Below are positions 12,425 through 24,289 of a stretch of 58,230 nucleotides of DNA, piece by piece (the stretch's first letter is position 1; each line of letters opens with the position of its first letter). Made by a program: the position numbers and the translations under genes. The notes beneath the pieces are model-generated. The model was not told the DNA's origin. It searched no databases and was given only the letters and a program-made list of their open reading frames with translations. Source of the stretch: Octopus bimaculoides (Eukaryota); NCBI RefSeq assembly GCF_001194135.2, contig NC_069005.1, positions 28,334,260 through 28,392,489 on the forward strand, in the 5' to 3' direction.

Positions 12425-13556
12425 TTAAACTTCTGATTTAATCACAAACCTTGACATTTTCTTAGCCGATACCATTGATTCCAGTATTTAGCTGGTATTC
12501 TACTAAATCGACCCCAGGAGAATGAAAAGCAAAATTGACCTCAGCGGGATTTCTGTTCAGAACCTAAATAAGCGGAATAAATACCACAAGGCATTTTGTT
12601 TTGTCCAACTCTCTGGCGATTGCTATGAATGATTTTCTTTCATTAACTAAAGGGTCCAAACGTAAATTTTGAGGAGACAGAAAACACCAGGACGAATTTT
12701 CTTTCTTTTTTTTTTTTTAATCATCTACTTGTTTATATTCGATAAAAACAAGGTAAGGTGTTTTGGAATTGCTGTTTGTTCCTCGAAGTCTCAAGGGGCC
12801 AAAAAAAAAACAGAAAAGAAAAGTTGGGGTACTGAAGTTAAGAGTGAAATGTTTCAGAATCGCTATTTCCGTTGTATGAAACACACAAAAATATAATTGA
12901 TTAGTCCCTCTTCCCTAAAATTTCAGGCCTTGTGTCTATAATAGAAAGGATAATAGTTACAATAATTCTTTCAAGATTTTGGCTCAAGGCCAGCAATTTT
13001 AATGGGGGGTCGAGGTTAGTCGATTGCATCAAACGTAGTACCCCCGAAATGACGCAGGGCAAAGCTGACGTCGACGGTATTTGAACTCAGAACGTAAAGT
13101 CCCGGAATGAACGCCTCTACGCATTTTATCCGATGCGAAAATGATTCTGCCAATAATAATAATAATAATTAGGCGGTGAGTTGGCAGAAACGTTAGCACG
13201 CCGGGCGAAATGTTTAGTGGTATTTCGTCTGCCTTTACGTACTGAGTTCAAATTCCGCCAAGGTCGACTTTGCCTTTCATCCTTTCGGGGGTCGATCTAA
13301 TTGACTGGTCCCCTCCCCCCAAAAATTTCGGGCATTGTGCCTAGAGTAGAAAAGAATATTAATGGTTTCACATTTTGGTGCAAGTTCAGAAGTAAATCGA
13401 TTACATCGATTCCAGTGCTTGATTGGTACTTATTTTATCGGCCCCTGAAGGATGAAAGACAAATTCGACCTCGGCGGAATTTGAACTCAGAACGTGAAGA
13501 CGGACAAGATGCAGCTAAGCGTTTTCTCCGACGTGGAAATTATTCTGCCAGACGAC

Positions 13557-13600
<44 letters not shown>
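12425..13600. mobile_element. Cluster of family A tRNA-derived SINEs in both orientations, separated by (TAA)n
   Basis: Repeated gagttcaaattccgccraggtcgactttgcctttcatcctttcgggg (B-box-like head plus conserved body). The fullest copy is at 13170-13360 (+). Confidence 0.8.
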
Positions 13601-13606
<6 letters not shown>

Positions 13607-15199
13607 CGATAATTATTATTTCTAATACAACCACAGACATCGATGAACAAAAATGGTAGGGTAGAGGCGATTATATCAACCCATCTCCTGTCTAGTACTT
13701 GATTGTTACTTTAGCTTATTAACAGTAAACGGATAAAAAATATTTAAAAAGAAAAAAAGCAGATGACTTCAGCGGGATTTGAACTCAGAACGTAATGAGA
13801 CTTCACTAAAAGTTGCACATCACTGTCTAACCACTCCGTAATAGGTATGTATATTAGGAGTAATCTTAATACGAAAGATTACTTAATAGCTATGCTAATA
13901 ATTATTAATTATTATAATTATTGCAGTAATAAGGGATTTTTGGTAATCGTTAGGTCCATAGAAAACTTTGGGAGAGCGGGGGGACACGATTGACGACATA
14001 AGGTTAATGAATTCCGTATTAATCCTAGTGAGACAGGACATGGTAGGGCTTTAAACTGAATATCGTCTGGAGTCAATCAAATCGGGTCTATTAATTGACC
14101 GGTATTTATTTTATCAATTTTACGAAAAGCAAAACTGATTTGGACCCGGGGAAAATTTTTAATATTTACGATTTTTTTTTTTTTTTTTAATGAAAACATT
14201 TAACAACCAGACACATGTATGTGTGTGTGTAACTTCGATCTTTGCATCGGTTGCCTGTACGATTTAGAATTACGCAGTGAGCCGTTTAATTAATATGACA
14301 AGTAGTGAACCGAAAGTTAATAGAAGGTGATTTAACATAATATGATATTCACATAGTATCGATTAGTTGTGTTAGAACGTTTTAAATATATCAATTTACT
14401 TTACTCTCTCTCTCTCTCTCTCTCTACATATGTATAATGTGTGTGTGTGTGAGAGAGAGAGAGAGCTTGTGCTTAGTATATATATANNNNNNNNNNNNNN
14501 NNNNNNNNNNNNNNNNNNNNNNNNNNNNNNNNNNNNNNNNNNNNNNNNNNNNNNNNNNNNNNNNNNNNNNNNNNNNNNNNNNNNNNCGTTGCCCATCTCG
14601 TAAAACTATACTGAGCAAAATTTACAAAGTGAAGCGGGCCGAAAGATCTCACTCCGAGCGCAGGTTTCAGTGCAACAAGAAGCCATAGCAATTTGTCTGG
14701 CAAAAAGTTAAAATAAAGTTTTCGTTTTTTTGTTTTTGTTTTGCAACTGAAAGTGTTGGAAATTTCCAAAGTATTTTTATTTTGTCTTCTACAAGATGAA
14801 ACTTGAAAGGGTATTTTAGAAAAAAATATGAGTACCAAAATAATAACAGACAAATCTCCAACAAACTCTCTTGACACACGCCCGCATGCATCTGTACGTG
14901 ATGCACATACAACACGAATTCGTTGAAAATATCAATGAAAATTTCATGTTACATACCGTTGGAATTTACGGGGAATAATCCTCGGAATTACGTTTTCAAC
15001 ATTGTATTCCATTTTGAAATATCGCGCGATGACAGAAAATAAAACAATATGAGTGCGCATGCTCAATACCTGAAAGGGAAATCAATCGATCCAACAAAAC
15101 AAAAACAAAATTTAGGAGAGTATTGTAGTTCGCTTGAAGCATTGTGTATTGTTTGTAAAGAATAAAAAGTTTAGAATGGTACAATAATGTACACAAATA

Positions 15200-15480
15200 C
15201 ATTATTTACATTTGATGGATATTTGTCCTCATCTTGTTTGTTGTTAACACAATGTTTCGGCTGATATACCCTCCAGCCTTCGTCAGGTGTCTTGGGGAAA
15301 TTTCGAACCTGGGTTCTCATTCCTAAGGTGTTTTTCGATGTTATTATTATTATTATTATTGTTCAGGTCACTGCTTGGAATCGAACTCGGAATCTGATGA
15401 AGACTGGAGGGCATATCAGCCGAAATGTTATGTTAACAACAAACAAGATGAGGACAAATATCCGTCAAATGTAAATAATG
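15200..15480. mobile_element. Penelope-like fold-back element (inverted terminal arms, hammerhead motif)
   Basis: Arms of about 85 nt (15200-15286 and 15394-15480) are reverse complements. Each carries CTGAYGA...CAGCCGAAA. Confidence 0.7.
15246..15291 (-). ncRNA. Minimal type I hammerhead ribozyme motif (this copy has a stem III mismatch)
   Basis: Minus strand GACAC CUGACGA A GGCUG-GAGGGUAUAU-CAGCC GAAA C AUU GUGUU. Stem I GACAC/GUGUU, stem II GGCUG/CAGCC, catalytic core present. Confidence 0.6.
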
Positions 15481-15507
15481 GACCCTAGCAGCGGGAAATT
15501 TAGACAG

Positions 15508-15686
15508 TGTCACGTGACAACTAGCTGGGGCTGCCTGCTGGAGCCTAGCAGCAGATATAAAAAGGGGAACTTGACACGACGATCAGTCGGACGCTGACAC
15601 TCGTTGATGCTGCATCGAAGAGGCCAGGGAATAGAAGAAAGAAGACATGCACCCAACACCAGAGCTGAAGACACCTCCGAAAGGAG
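15508..15686 (+). mobile_element. Possible LTR 5' portion
   Basis: Starts TGTCAC, is GC-richer than the flanks and has a TATAAAA box. Runs into an N-gap. Confidence 0.3.
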
Positions 15687-16143
15687 NNNNNNNNNNNNNN
15701 NNNNNNNNNNNNNNNNNNNNNNNNNNNNNNNNNNNNNNNNNNNNNNNNNNNNNNNNNNNNNNNNNNNNNNNNNNNNNNNNNNNNNNNNNNNNNNNNNNNN
15801 NNNNNNNNNNNNNNNNNNNNNNNNNNNNNNNNNNNNNNNNNNNNNNNNNNNNNNNNNNNNNNNNNNNNNNNNNNNNNNNNNNNNNNNNNNNNNNNNNNNN
15901 NNNNNNNNNNNNNNNNNNNNNNNNNNNNNNNNNNNNNNNNNNNNNNNNNNNNNNNNNNNNNNNNNNNNNNNNNNNNNNNNNNNNNNNNNNNNNNNNNNNN
16001 NNNNNNNNNNNNNNNNNNNNNNNNNNNNNNNNNNNNNNNNNNNNNNNNNNNNNNNCACACACTCCTGAAATAAAATATATTTTGTACCAAGCAAATATGA
16101 AGAGTAATGTGATTATCGAAGTTTTCTTGTTTGTTCTTTCTAG

Positions 16144-16174
16144 GTTCTCAAATATCAAGGAATCAGAGTTCTCC
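16144..16174 (+). CDS. ARMC5: ARMC5 exon 2 (31-nt micro-exon, VLKYQGIRVL)
   Basis: ttgttctttctag|GTTCTC...CTCC|gtaagt. Phase 0 in and phase 1 out bridge exons 1 and 3 exactly. Resembles human VRRLGGILPLV. Confidence 0.75.
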
Positions 16175-16775
16175 GTAAGTACACACACGCATTATTTTAC
16201 TCTATAATTCTTCTACTTGTTCCAGTCATTTGACTGCGGCCATGCTAGAGCACCGGCTTTTGTCGAACAAATCTCCCCCATGACTTATTCTTTTGTAAGC
16301 TTGGTACTTAGTTTATCAGTCCCTTTTGCTGAACCACTATATCGGTTGTCAAGCGATGGCAGTGGGAAGAAACATAGATACATACACACACACACACACA
16401 CACACACATATGGGCTTCCACACAAATTCACTCACAAAGCATTGCTTAGCCTAGAGCTACAGTAGAAGGCATTTACCCAAGGTGCCCTAGAGAGGGACTG
16501 AACCCAAAATCATGTGGTTGCAAAGCAGGCTTCTTAACCACATACCCATTCTTATTTTTGCACCCATTCTTATTTCTCGTATATTCCATTACCTACTCAT
16601 AATCCAAGCACTGCTGTCTTCATAAAACTGTGGGGAGCAGAATGGTAGGTAAAAATGTAGGTTATTTACGATTGTGAGAGCACAAAAAAGCCGATGCTAA
16701 ACTCCTTCCTCTTCCCTCCTTGAGAAACTCTCATCATGTTTTGCTTTTTTTTTTTATTTTTTTATTTTTTTGCAG

Positions 16776-16962
16776 AAAGCATTCTTTTGGAGAGCAACAA
16801 AGAGAGCATCCAACGTCGTTGTTGCCGAACTCTGGCCAACCTTGCCATGGATTGTGCGTGTCGTAGGATCATCCACAAGACAGACATTACACAGCGAATC
16901 GTTCAACTCCTCGAGTATACCAATGACTCTGAGTGCCAACTAACATACTGTCATACACTCAG
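16776..16962 (+). CDS. ARMC5: ARMC5 exon 3 (ARM repeat)
   Basis: SILLESNKESIQRRCCRTLANLAMD resembles human [25 protein letters not shown]. Sites tgcag| and |gtaaaa, phase 1 to 2. Confidence 0.85.
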
Positions 16963-17143
16963 GTAAAATATATATGTGTGTGTATATATAATTTTATATA
17001 TGTAAGTAAGTAATTTCTTGGGTCTTAGGCCTCATAGGGTCAGTTGTCTAGTTTCTATGACCATATAAGTGACCAAGATCACAATGTTCCCACTGAGCAG
17101 GATGCTAGTCCATTATATTTTTCCTTTGTTTTTCAACTCTCAG

Positions 17144-17284
17144 GTTATTTGCTGATTCCACCCAGCTGAACAAAACCATTATCAACTACAATGGTATAGC
17201 TGTTCTGTCTCGTCTCTCCAAGTTTGCTCCACACATGGTCAAGTCTGCTGCTGTTAAGACAATGGCTGACTTAGGACGAACCAA
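17144..17284 (+). CDS. ARMC5: ARMC5 exon 4 (ARM repeat)
   Basis: ctcag|G TTA TTT GCT... gives LFADSTQLNKTIINYNGIAVLSRLSKFAPHMVKSAAVKTMADLGRT, then AA|gtaagt. Phases match the neighbours. Missed by the ORF track. Confidence 0.8.
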
Positions 17285-17512
17285 GTAAGTATTTCCTGTT
17301 TCCTTTTTTTCTCTTTTTTACACTGGAACTTAAGTAAAATATTGGTTTCAAATATTTATTTCTTTATTGCCCACATAGAGGGGACAAACAAGGACAGACA
17401 AAGGGAAATAACCCCTGAAATTGCACACATTTTTTTTCTGTAAAAATTCTAAATAAAGTTTGTAAAACTAAGCCCTCGATTTTAAATGGTTTTCTTTGTT
17501 TTCTATTTCTAG

Positions 17513-19408
17513 TTGTTCGGTAGAATTTGCCCAGCAAGTGTTAACTGCAGACGGCCTTATTACATTGGTCGAAATCTCCAACCAAGGTGGCACTCTGTCG
17601 CAAAATGCCCTCCGAGTGCTCATCTACCTGAGTCGACACAACTTCATACGTCCGCCACTCGGTAGCTCGGGAGGAATCCAGACAATGAAGAACAAGTTTG
17701 ACGACGAAGTGTCAACTGTACGTAAAATTGAAATACTCAATGCACTGTGTTTGTTTTGTAACGAGGCTGTGAACCGAGTGAAACTACGCCAAAGTGATGT
17801 GTTGATGCTGTTTATCGAAGCCCTCAAAGATCTGATTTACAGTACTCTTCACAACCGCATAATCAGTGCCCTAGTGAACTTCCTCTATGATGAAGTGAGC
17901 TTTGATATGCTTTTGGAGAGGGGGCTTGTCCCTGTTTTATTTATTCATCTTCAGCGGTGCGCTGGTTTCTCGTTTAACTTGCCAAAAACGGGGCCGTTTG
18001 TAAAGTCCCTCATTGAAAACATTGTGAGTTATCCAACCAAAAAGCGTACGAAATTCTCTGATGGAAGCGAAGAGGAAGGTAAAAATTCCTTCTCCTCAAA
18101 AAAATATTCTAAGCTCAGTGAGAACAGCAACAGTGATTCCAGACTTAAAGACAGTTCAGTTTTGCAAGAAGTCTCCCCTAAAAAATTAAAACCTGGCTTT
18201 AAAGGTTCACCACCGACAGAGCAAAACAGAAGTGATAAACTTCTTGTAAAAGAAAATGAGAAAGAGGCTGGAGCAAAATGTGTTTCAACAAATCTCTCAA
18301 ATACTACAAAAGACTCAGATGCTGATCTCAGCTGCTCAGATTCCTTGACGAATGTTCCAAAAGATAATTGTAAATCTTCTCCTGTAAATGTTAATTTAGA
18401 AACGAAATTTATGGAAACTGAACCAGTGACAAGTGAAGATAAAATACATTCCTCAAACAGTTGTAAAAGACCGTTGTCAGAAGTGGACAGTTACCATTCT
18501 TCTGAGGCAGCATTGGAATCTGAAAGTCCCCAAATGAAATTTTTAAAGCAAGAAGCATCGGGGACAAAAGAACTTCCAAATAGACATAGATCAGAATCTT
18601 TAATTTTACCCTTAAGTGGAGAAGATGATGATGACTGTGGTGATAGTGGTGTTGGTTGTGATGACGACTGTGGGAAGGATAATGTTGTCGATGACGATGA
18701 TAAGGATAAGATTGGTGTTGATGAGAATATTGAAGGAAATATTTGTCATCAGGTTTCGGCACCATCTGAGGAGGGCAAAAAGAAAGAACAAGAACAGACT
18801 CCACAACGCTATGTGTTTCGCATCGACAGCCCCACCTACCAAACCGATGTAAAGTGGAGTGCAGACAATTTCACTGACGGCCAGACTTGTAAGCAGGATT
18901 TTGGCAATGAAGTGTCAAATGGGTCTTCAGCGCTTAGTCCCTTCAGTAACTCCTCTTACCACTCCCCAGACTGGAGCCCAGATTACAGCTCTCAGTTACG
19001 AGATGATTTCAGTTCTGAAGATAGTGATGATGACAGATCTCAAGATGACCTGCAGGATCCAGCTGCCATGGTTACTTCGAAAACAGTCTCGGCTACTGGT
19101 GACAGCGTCGGAAAGGAACAATCAAGTTCTGTAGCATTGGCAACAGCAGACACACTTAAAGGATGGAGAAAGACCAGAAAGAAATCATCCCATTCTCCTG
19201 TAAAAGATTTATCCCCCAACAGTGTGGAGAATGAGGAATTCACGAAAAGCCTTTATAAGAAACGGGAGAAAATGATGCTGAGTGATTGCCATGTGGCACT
19301 TCGCACCACAGAGAACAACATTTTGGTGTTGCTTTCTCGAGTGTCTCAGAAAGAAAATCCATCCAAATTTTTAGCCACTGTAGAAAGCTTCTGGTGTTTG
19401 CTGCACTA
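17513..19408 (+). CDS. ARMC5: ARMC5 exon 5 (ARM repeats plus long disordered region), truncated by N-gap
   Basis: tttctag|T TGT TCG, open for about 630 codons. Contains RPPLGSSGGI, NALCLFCNEAVNRVKLR, HNRIISALVNFLYDE and TENNILVLLSRVSQKENPS, all ARMC5-type motifs. Confidence 0.9.
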
Positions 19409-20273
19409 NNNNNNNNNNNNNNNNNNNNNNNNNNNNNNNNNNNNNNNNNNNNNNNNNNNNNNNNNNNNNNNNNNNNNNNNNNNNNNNNNNNNNNNNNNNN
19501 NNNNNNNNNNNNNNNNNNNNNNNNNNNNNNNNNNNNNNNNNNNNNNNNNNNNNNNNNNNNNNNNNNNNNNNNNNNNNNNNNNNNNNNNNNNNNNNNNNNN
19601 NNNNNNNNNNNNNNNNNNNNNNNNNNNNNNNNNNNNNNNNNNNNNNNNNNNNNNNNNNNNNNNNNNNNNNNNNNNNNNNNNNNNNNNNNNNNNNNNNNNN
19701 NNNNNNNNNNNNNNNNNNNNNNNNNNNNNNNNNNNNNNNNNNNNNNNNNNNNNNNNNNNNNNNNNNNNNNNNNNNNNNNNNNNNNNNNNNNNNNNNNNNN
19801 NNNNNNNNNNNNNNNNNNNNNNNNNNNNNNNNNNNNNNNNNNNNNNNNNNNNNNNNNNNNNNNNNNNNNNNNNNNNNNNNNNNNNNNNNNNNNNNNNNNN
19901 NNNNNNNNNNNNNNNNNNNNNNNNNNNNNNNNNNNNNNNNNNNNNNNNNNNNNNNNNNNNNNNNNNNNNNNNNNNNNNNNNNNNNNNNNNNNNNNNNNNN
20001 NNNNNNNNNNNNNNNNNNNNNNNNNNNNNNNNNNNNNNNNNNNNNNNNNNNNNNNNNNNNNNNNNNNNNNNNNNNNNNNNNNNNNNNNNNNNNNNNNNNN
20101 NNNNNNNNNNNNNNNNNNNNNNNNNNNNNNNNNNNNNNNNNNNNNNNNNNNNNNNNNNNNNNNNNNNNNNNNNNNNNNNNNNNNNNNNNNNNNNNNNNNN
20201 NNNNNNNNNNNNNNNNNNNNNNNNNNNNNNNNNNNNNNNNNNNNNNNNNNNNNNNNNNNNNNNNNNNNNNNNN

Positions 20274-20550
20274 GCCAGTGCCGCTGGACTGGCTCCCATG
20301 CAGGTGGCACGTAAAAACCACCTTTTTGAGCGTGACCATTGCCAGTACCGTGTGACTGGCCCTCGTGCCGGTGGCACGTAAAAGAACCCACTACACTCTC
20401 GGAGTGGTTGGTGTTAGGAAGGGCATCCAACTGTAGAAACTCTGCCAGATCAGATTGGAGCCTGGTGCAGCCTTCTGGCTTGCCAGTCCTCAGTCAAATC
20501 GTCCAACCCATGCTAGCATGGAAAGCGGACGTTAAACGATGATGATGATT
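20274..20550 (+). mobile_element. RTE LINE 3' UTR fragment with (GAT)n tail, just upstream of the ARMC5 last-exon acceptor
   Basis: Near-identical to 2891-3200. Confidence 0.8.
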
Positions 20551-20574
20551 TATTATTTATTTGTCTCTTTTTAG

Positions 20575-21385
20575 GTGCCGAAATGTTCAAGAGAAACTCT
20601 TAGTAAAATTCCGTGGTTTTGATCTCCTGCTGAACATCATTAAAAATGAACCGGAAAGCTACTTGTCGAAGGTTGTTATATTGGGTCTAAATTACTTGTC
20701 GCGTCACCTCAATGTGACGACATCTTTACAGAACGTTGACAGACAACAGGTCTATCCGAAACAGACTCTGCCTGGAAACAACTCCTCGGACACCCAAGAC
20801 TGCTGTTTGAGTAACACAAAGAGAAACACAGCATTTGTAACGGACAATGGTAAAAAAATCCTTGTGAATCAGGAAGCTGTGACGAGTCGATCAGAAGTGT
20901 TCAGCGCTATGCTTCTCAGTGATTTTGTTGAGGCTGAAACACACGAGGTAAAGATTGGTTACACAACCCCACAAGCTCTAGAGGTCATCGTCCATTATCT
21001 ACACGGTTGCAGCTTGAAGTGTTTTACCATCCAACAGCTTCACTGGCCGAAAACTAAACTAACTAAGAATGACTTGCTCAACATAATGGGCCTAACTGAC
21101 CGTTATATGCTGGACAAACTGCGGAAATATCTTGCCTGTGTTATTTTTCAGTGTTACCTTGACGAAAAGACAGCTGATGCATTTTACAATGCAGCTGTAT
21201 TGCACAGCTACAATGATCTCAGCAAGGATTGCATAAAATATTGTTTGGGTCAAGTGTGCCTGGGCAAGAGGTCAATAGACTGCCTTTTGCGCTTTCTTAA
21301 CGGACCAAACCATGAAGTGTTCCTTTCTTCAGTGAAAGAGATGTTCATAAAGCATATTGTCAGTGAGAATGCAGTGCCAAAATAA
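20575..21385 (+). CDS. ARMC5: ARMC5 last exon (C-terminal BTB/BACK-like domain)
   Basis: tttttag|G TGC CGA. BTB-like FVTDNGKKILVNQEAVTSRSEVFSAMLLSDFVEAETHEVKI...LTDRYML. Stop TAA at 21385. Confidence 0.88.
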
Positions 21386-21673
21386 GATGAGAGAGAGAAT
21401 GAGTGAGTGAGTGAGTGACCAATCCAATTTTGGTAGCTTGTTTAGGTTAAAAACTCCAAAAAGACAAAAAAAGTCTGAAATTCTTGTCTTAAAAAGACAT
21501 CGATGTCTTCCGTTAAACCAGATTCAGGTTAGTCATCATTATACGCATTTGCAAGCCCTTTGCCTATGCTATGTATCATGTGATATATAGGATCCATTTC
21601 CATGGCTTCTATGCATCATATATGATACACTCTCACAGTTTTTTTTTTTTCAACCACCAGAATAATTTGGGAC

Positions 21674-21868
21674 TTAACCCTGTCAAGTGTAATGCTTATT
21701 TATTCACATTTTATCAAGCATTATCTTGTGGCCTTGAGGTTTCGATAACGGGAGGGTTTAATTTTTTGGAATAACATTGTAGGATAGGTATGAGAAGCCA
21801 GATCTGGCTAGTTTTAACATAAAACAAGTAGATTATTTAGGCCGGATATGGCCAGTTTAAAGGGTTAA
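21674..21868. mobile_element. piggyBac-like MITE fragment
   Basis: TTAACCCT ... AAAGGGTTAA ends. Homologous copies at about 33053-33270 and 51785-51988. Confidence 0.6.
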
Positions 21869-22370
21869 GAAAGAAAAAGTTTATATTACTCTATACACTA
21901 TGAAACAGGGGCTTACTAAAGGTCTGAAAACAAGAATGGATGTTTAGAACAAACTTATAAAAATCCTTTGGACAGGTAGAAGATTAAGCACACACACACA
22001 CACTAATTTACTCCCCCCCCCCTTTACCTTTTTACAGTATCAGCATCCATGATTGCATATATATATGAACTGGAAGTTCATATAGGCTCATATAGCTTCA
22101 TATAGGTACAATCTAAGGTTATAATGCTGTAGAATGTCAATGACCAGGTTTTAGATGTGTATTGAAGGACTTCAGAATTGCTAGTTATAAGCAGAAATTT
22201 GAATGAATTCAATGGTGCATGTGTTAAATAAGCAGCAAAAAAAATGACTCTACCAAAATGCTATGCTATCATATCTGTATAAATGTAAACAAACAAATAT
22301 TTGGTTTCTTTTTTTATTTTTTATTAGAAGCATCAGAATGTGTATTGTATGATACAAATAAAAAGATGAT

Positions 22371-22575
22371 AAAGATTGTTTGCCAACGTAACATGGCAGT
22401 CCTGGTTTAGGACGAATGTTGCTGTAATTTAGCCCCAGGAGACATTGTCTCCAGCTGGTTCGAATATGTAAGGATCGTGTCATATAACCAACTGGAGACG
22501 ATGTCTCTCGGGGCTAAATTACAGCAACATTAGTCCTAAACCAGGACTGCCATGTTACGTTGGCAAACAATCTTT
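22371..22575. repeat. Fold-back inverted repeat (about 90-bp arms)
   Basis: aaagattgtttgccaacgtaacatggcagtcctggtttaggac... is mirrored by ...gtcctaaaccaggactgccatgttacgttggcaaacaatcttt. Confidence 0.85.
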
Positions 22576-22822
22576 TCTACAAAGTACTGTTGCTGAATAT
22601 CTCACGTGAGATTTTAAAATAGTAATTTTCTAAGAAGATGATGTTTTATCAAACGCAGAGTTGCTGTTAGAACAGCAGAAATACTTGATAAATTGGCTGG
22701 TTGTTGAGAAATCTTTTCACTTTGTAAGGGTATTTTACCCATTATTTCTGCTGTTCTAATGGCAACACTGTGTTCGAAAAAATATCTTATTTGTATCATA
22801 CAGTACACTATCAGTTCTATAT

Positions 22823-23095
22823 TTAAGAGATGAGGAATTATGTATATTATTTACATTTGACAGATATTTGTCCTTATCTTGTTTGTTGTTAACGCAATGT
22901 TTTGGTTGATACACCCTCCAGCCTTCATCAGGTGTCTTGGGGAAATTTCGAACCTGGGTTCTCATTCCTTAGGTATTTTTCGATGTTGTTATTANNNNNN
23001 NNNNTCATTCCTTAGGTATTTTTCGATGTTGTTATTATTATTATTATTCAGGTCACTGCCTGGAATCGAACTCGGAATCTTGGGGTTAGTAGCCT
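22823..23095. mobile_element. Penelope-like element copy (single arm, degenerate hammerhead on the minus strand)
   Basis: Colinear with 15200-15393. The minus strand reads CCAAGACACCTGATGAAGGCTGG, with GAAA mutated. Confidence 0.65.
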
Positions 23096-23799
23096 GATTG
23101 TCCATTGTATTTAAAGTAAATTGCTTATGTACATTGCATTTGCAGAGGCGTGTTTAACAATATTTAGTAAAAGTTTGTCACGGCCCTCTCAATGACTTCC
23201 ACATAAGGAAAACAGGTCCCCAAAGTAAAAATCACCCAAGTCAAGTAAGCAGGTACAAAACAACCTCCCTCAGGTGAGAAGTCTTGTCTTGCAAGTTGGT
23301 GACCTCACTGCTGCTCATGCCACGTAAAAAGCAGACAGTACACTCTGAAGTGGATGACATTAGGAAGGGCATCATCCAGCCATAAATACTATGCGAAAGC
23401 AACCACTTGGGGGGGCTGACACAGACCTCAGACTCACCATCTCCTGTGAAACCATCCAGCTGGAAAACATGTTAAATGAACAATATAAGTAAAAATAGAT
23501 GTGGCTGTTCTTTTATCTTAATGACAATAGTTTTTGCCCATCCGACCAAAACACATACCATAAGGATTTACAATTCAAAGGTTAACATAACAACAAGGGT
23601 CTTATGTAGAAATTGTGGTGGAACCAGCAGATATGAATGGGTTTTTTTTTTTAATTTCTTTTACTAGTTCCAGTTCTAACTGGTATGGAAAGAATTAAAC
23701 CAGAACAAGAGAACACGAGATTAAACCAATGAGAACATTTTATTTTACAAATATATATATGTACAGAAACAGTGGGGCTTCCATTCCAAGCTTGTCTCT

Positions 23800-23825
23800 T
23801 TAAGATCTTTTCAGTGGGATATTCC
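23800..23825 (-). CDS. GATC: GATC exon 4 (GNIPLKRS*)
   Basis: ttttctag|GG AAT ATC CCA CTG AAA AGA TCT TAA completes VAPP-G-NI, as in human VAPPGNISL. Confidence 0.75.
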
Positions 23826-23992
23826 CTAGAAAACAAATAAGAAAAACTGTTAAAGATACAAAATATTTATTTAAGAGATGAGGAATTATGTACATTATTT
23901 ACATTTGATGGATATTTGTCCTCATCATTATATGATGACAAATATCCGTCAAATGTAAGTAATGTAAAGTAAATAAAGTCACCATGATATTT

Positions 23993-24220
23993 TTAACCCT
24001 TTTGATACCAACTCAGTTGAAATCAGCTCTGGTTCTGTAGAACAAATGTCTTGTTTTCAAAAGTTTTGAATGAAAATCTTGCACCAAACCTTGGTCACAA
24101 TTTGTTTCTAATGCCAGCTTATTGATAACTAAGTTATTTTACTAAATTCTCAGTTATATTTAAAATTAATTGAAAGAAACACAGAGCATCTCAAAAGAAG
24201 TACGGTAACAAAAGGGTTAA
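23993..24220. mobile_element. piggyBac-like MITE in GATC intron 3
   Basis: TTAA-CCCTTTTGATACC ... GGTAACAAAAGGG-TTAA: 12/13 TIR match with TTAA target sites. Confidence 0.7.
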
Positions 24221-24289
24221 GAACACGATGTACTGCCCAGTTCCGGAATTGAAACTGAAGTTTTATGATTGTAAGTGCGACACACTTAC

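Noticed and set aside
13170-13260. tRNA genes at A/B-box-like sequences
   Set aside because: They are SINE heads continuing into repeat bodies, with no complete cloverleaf.
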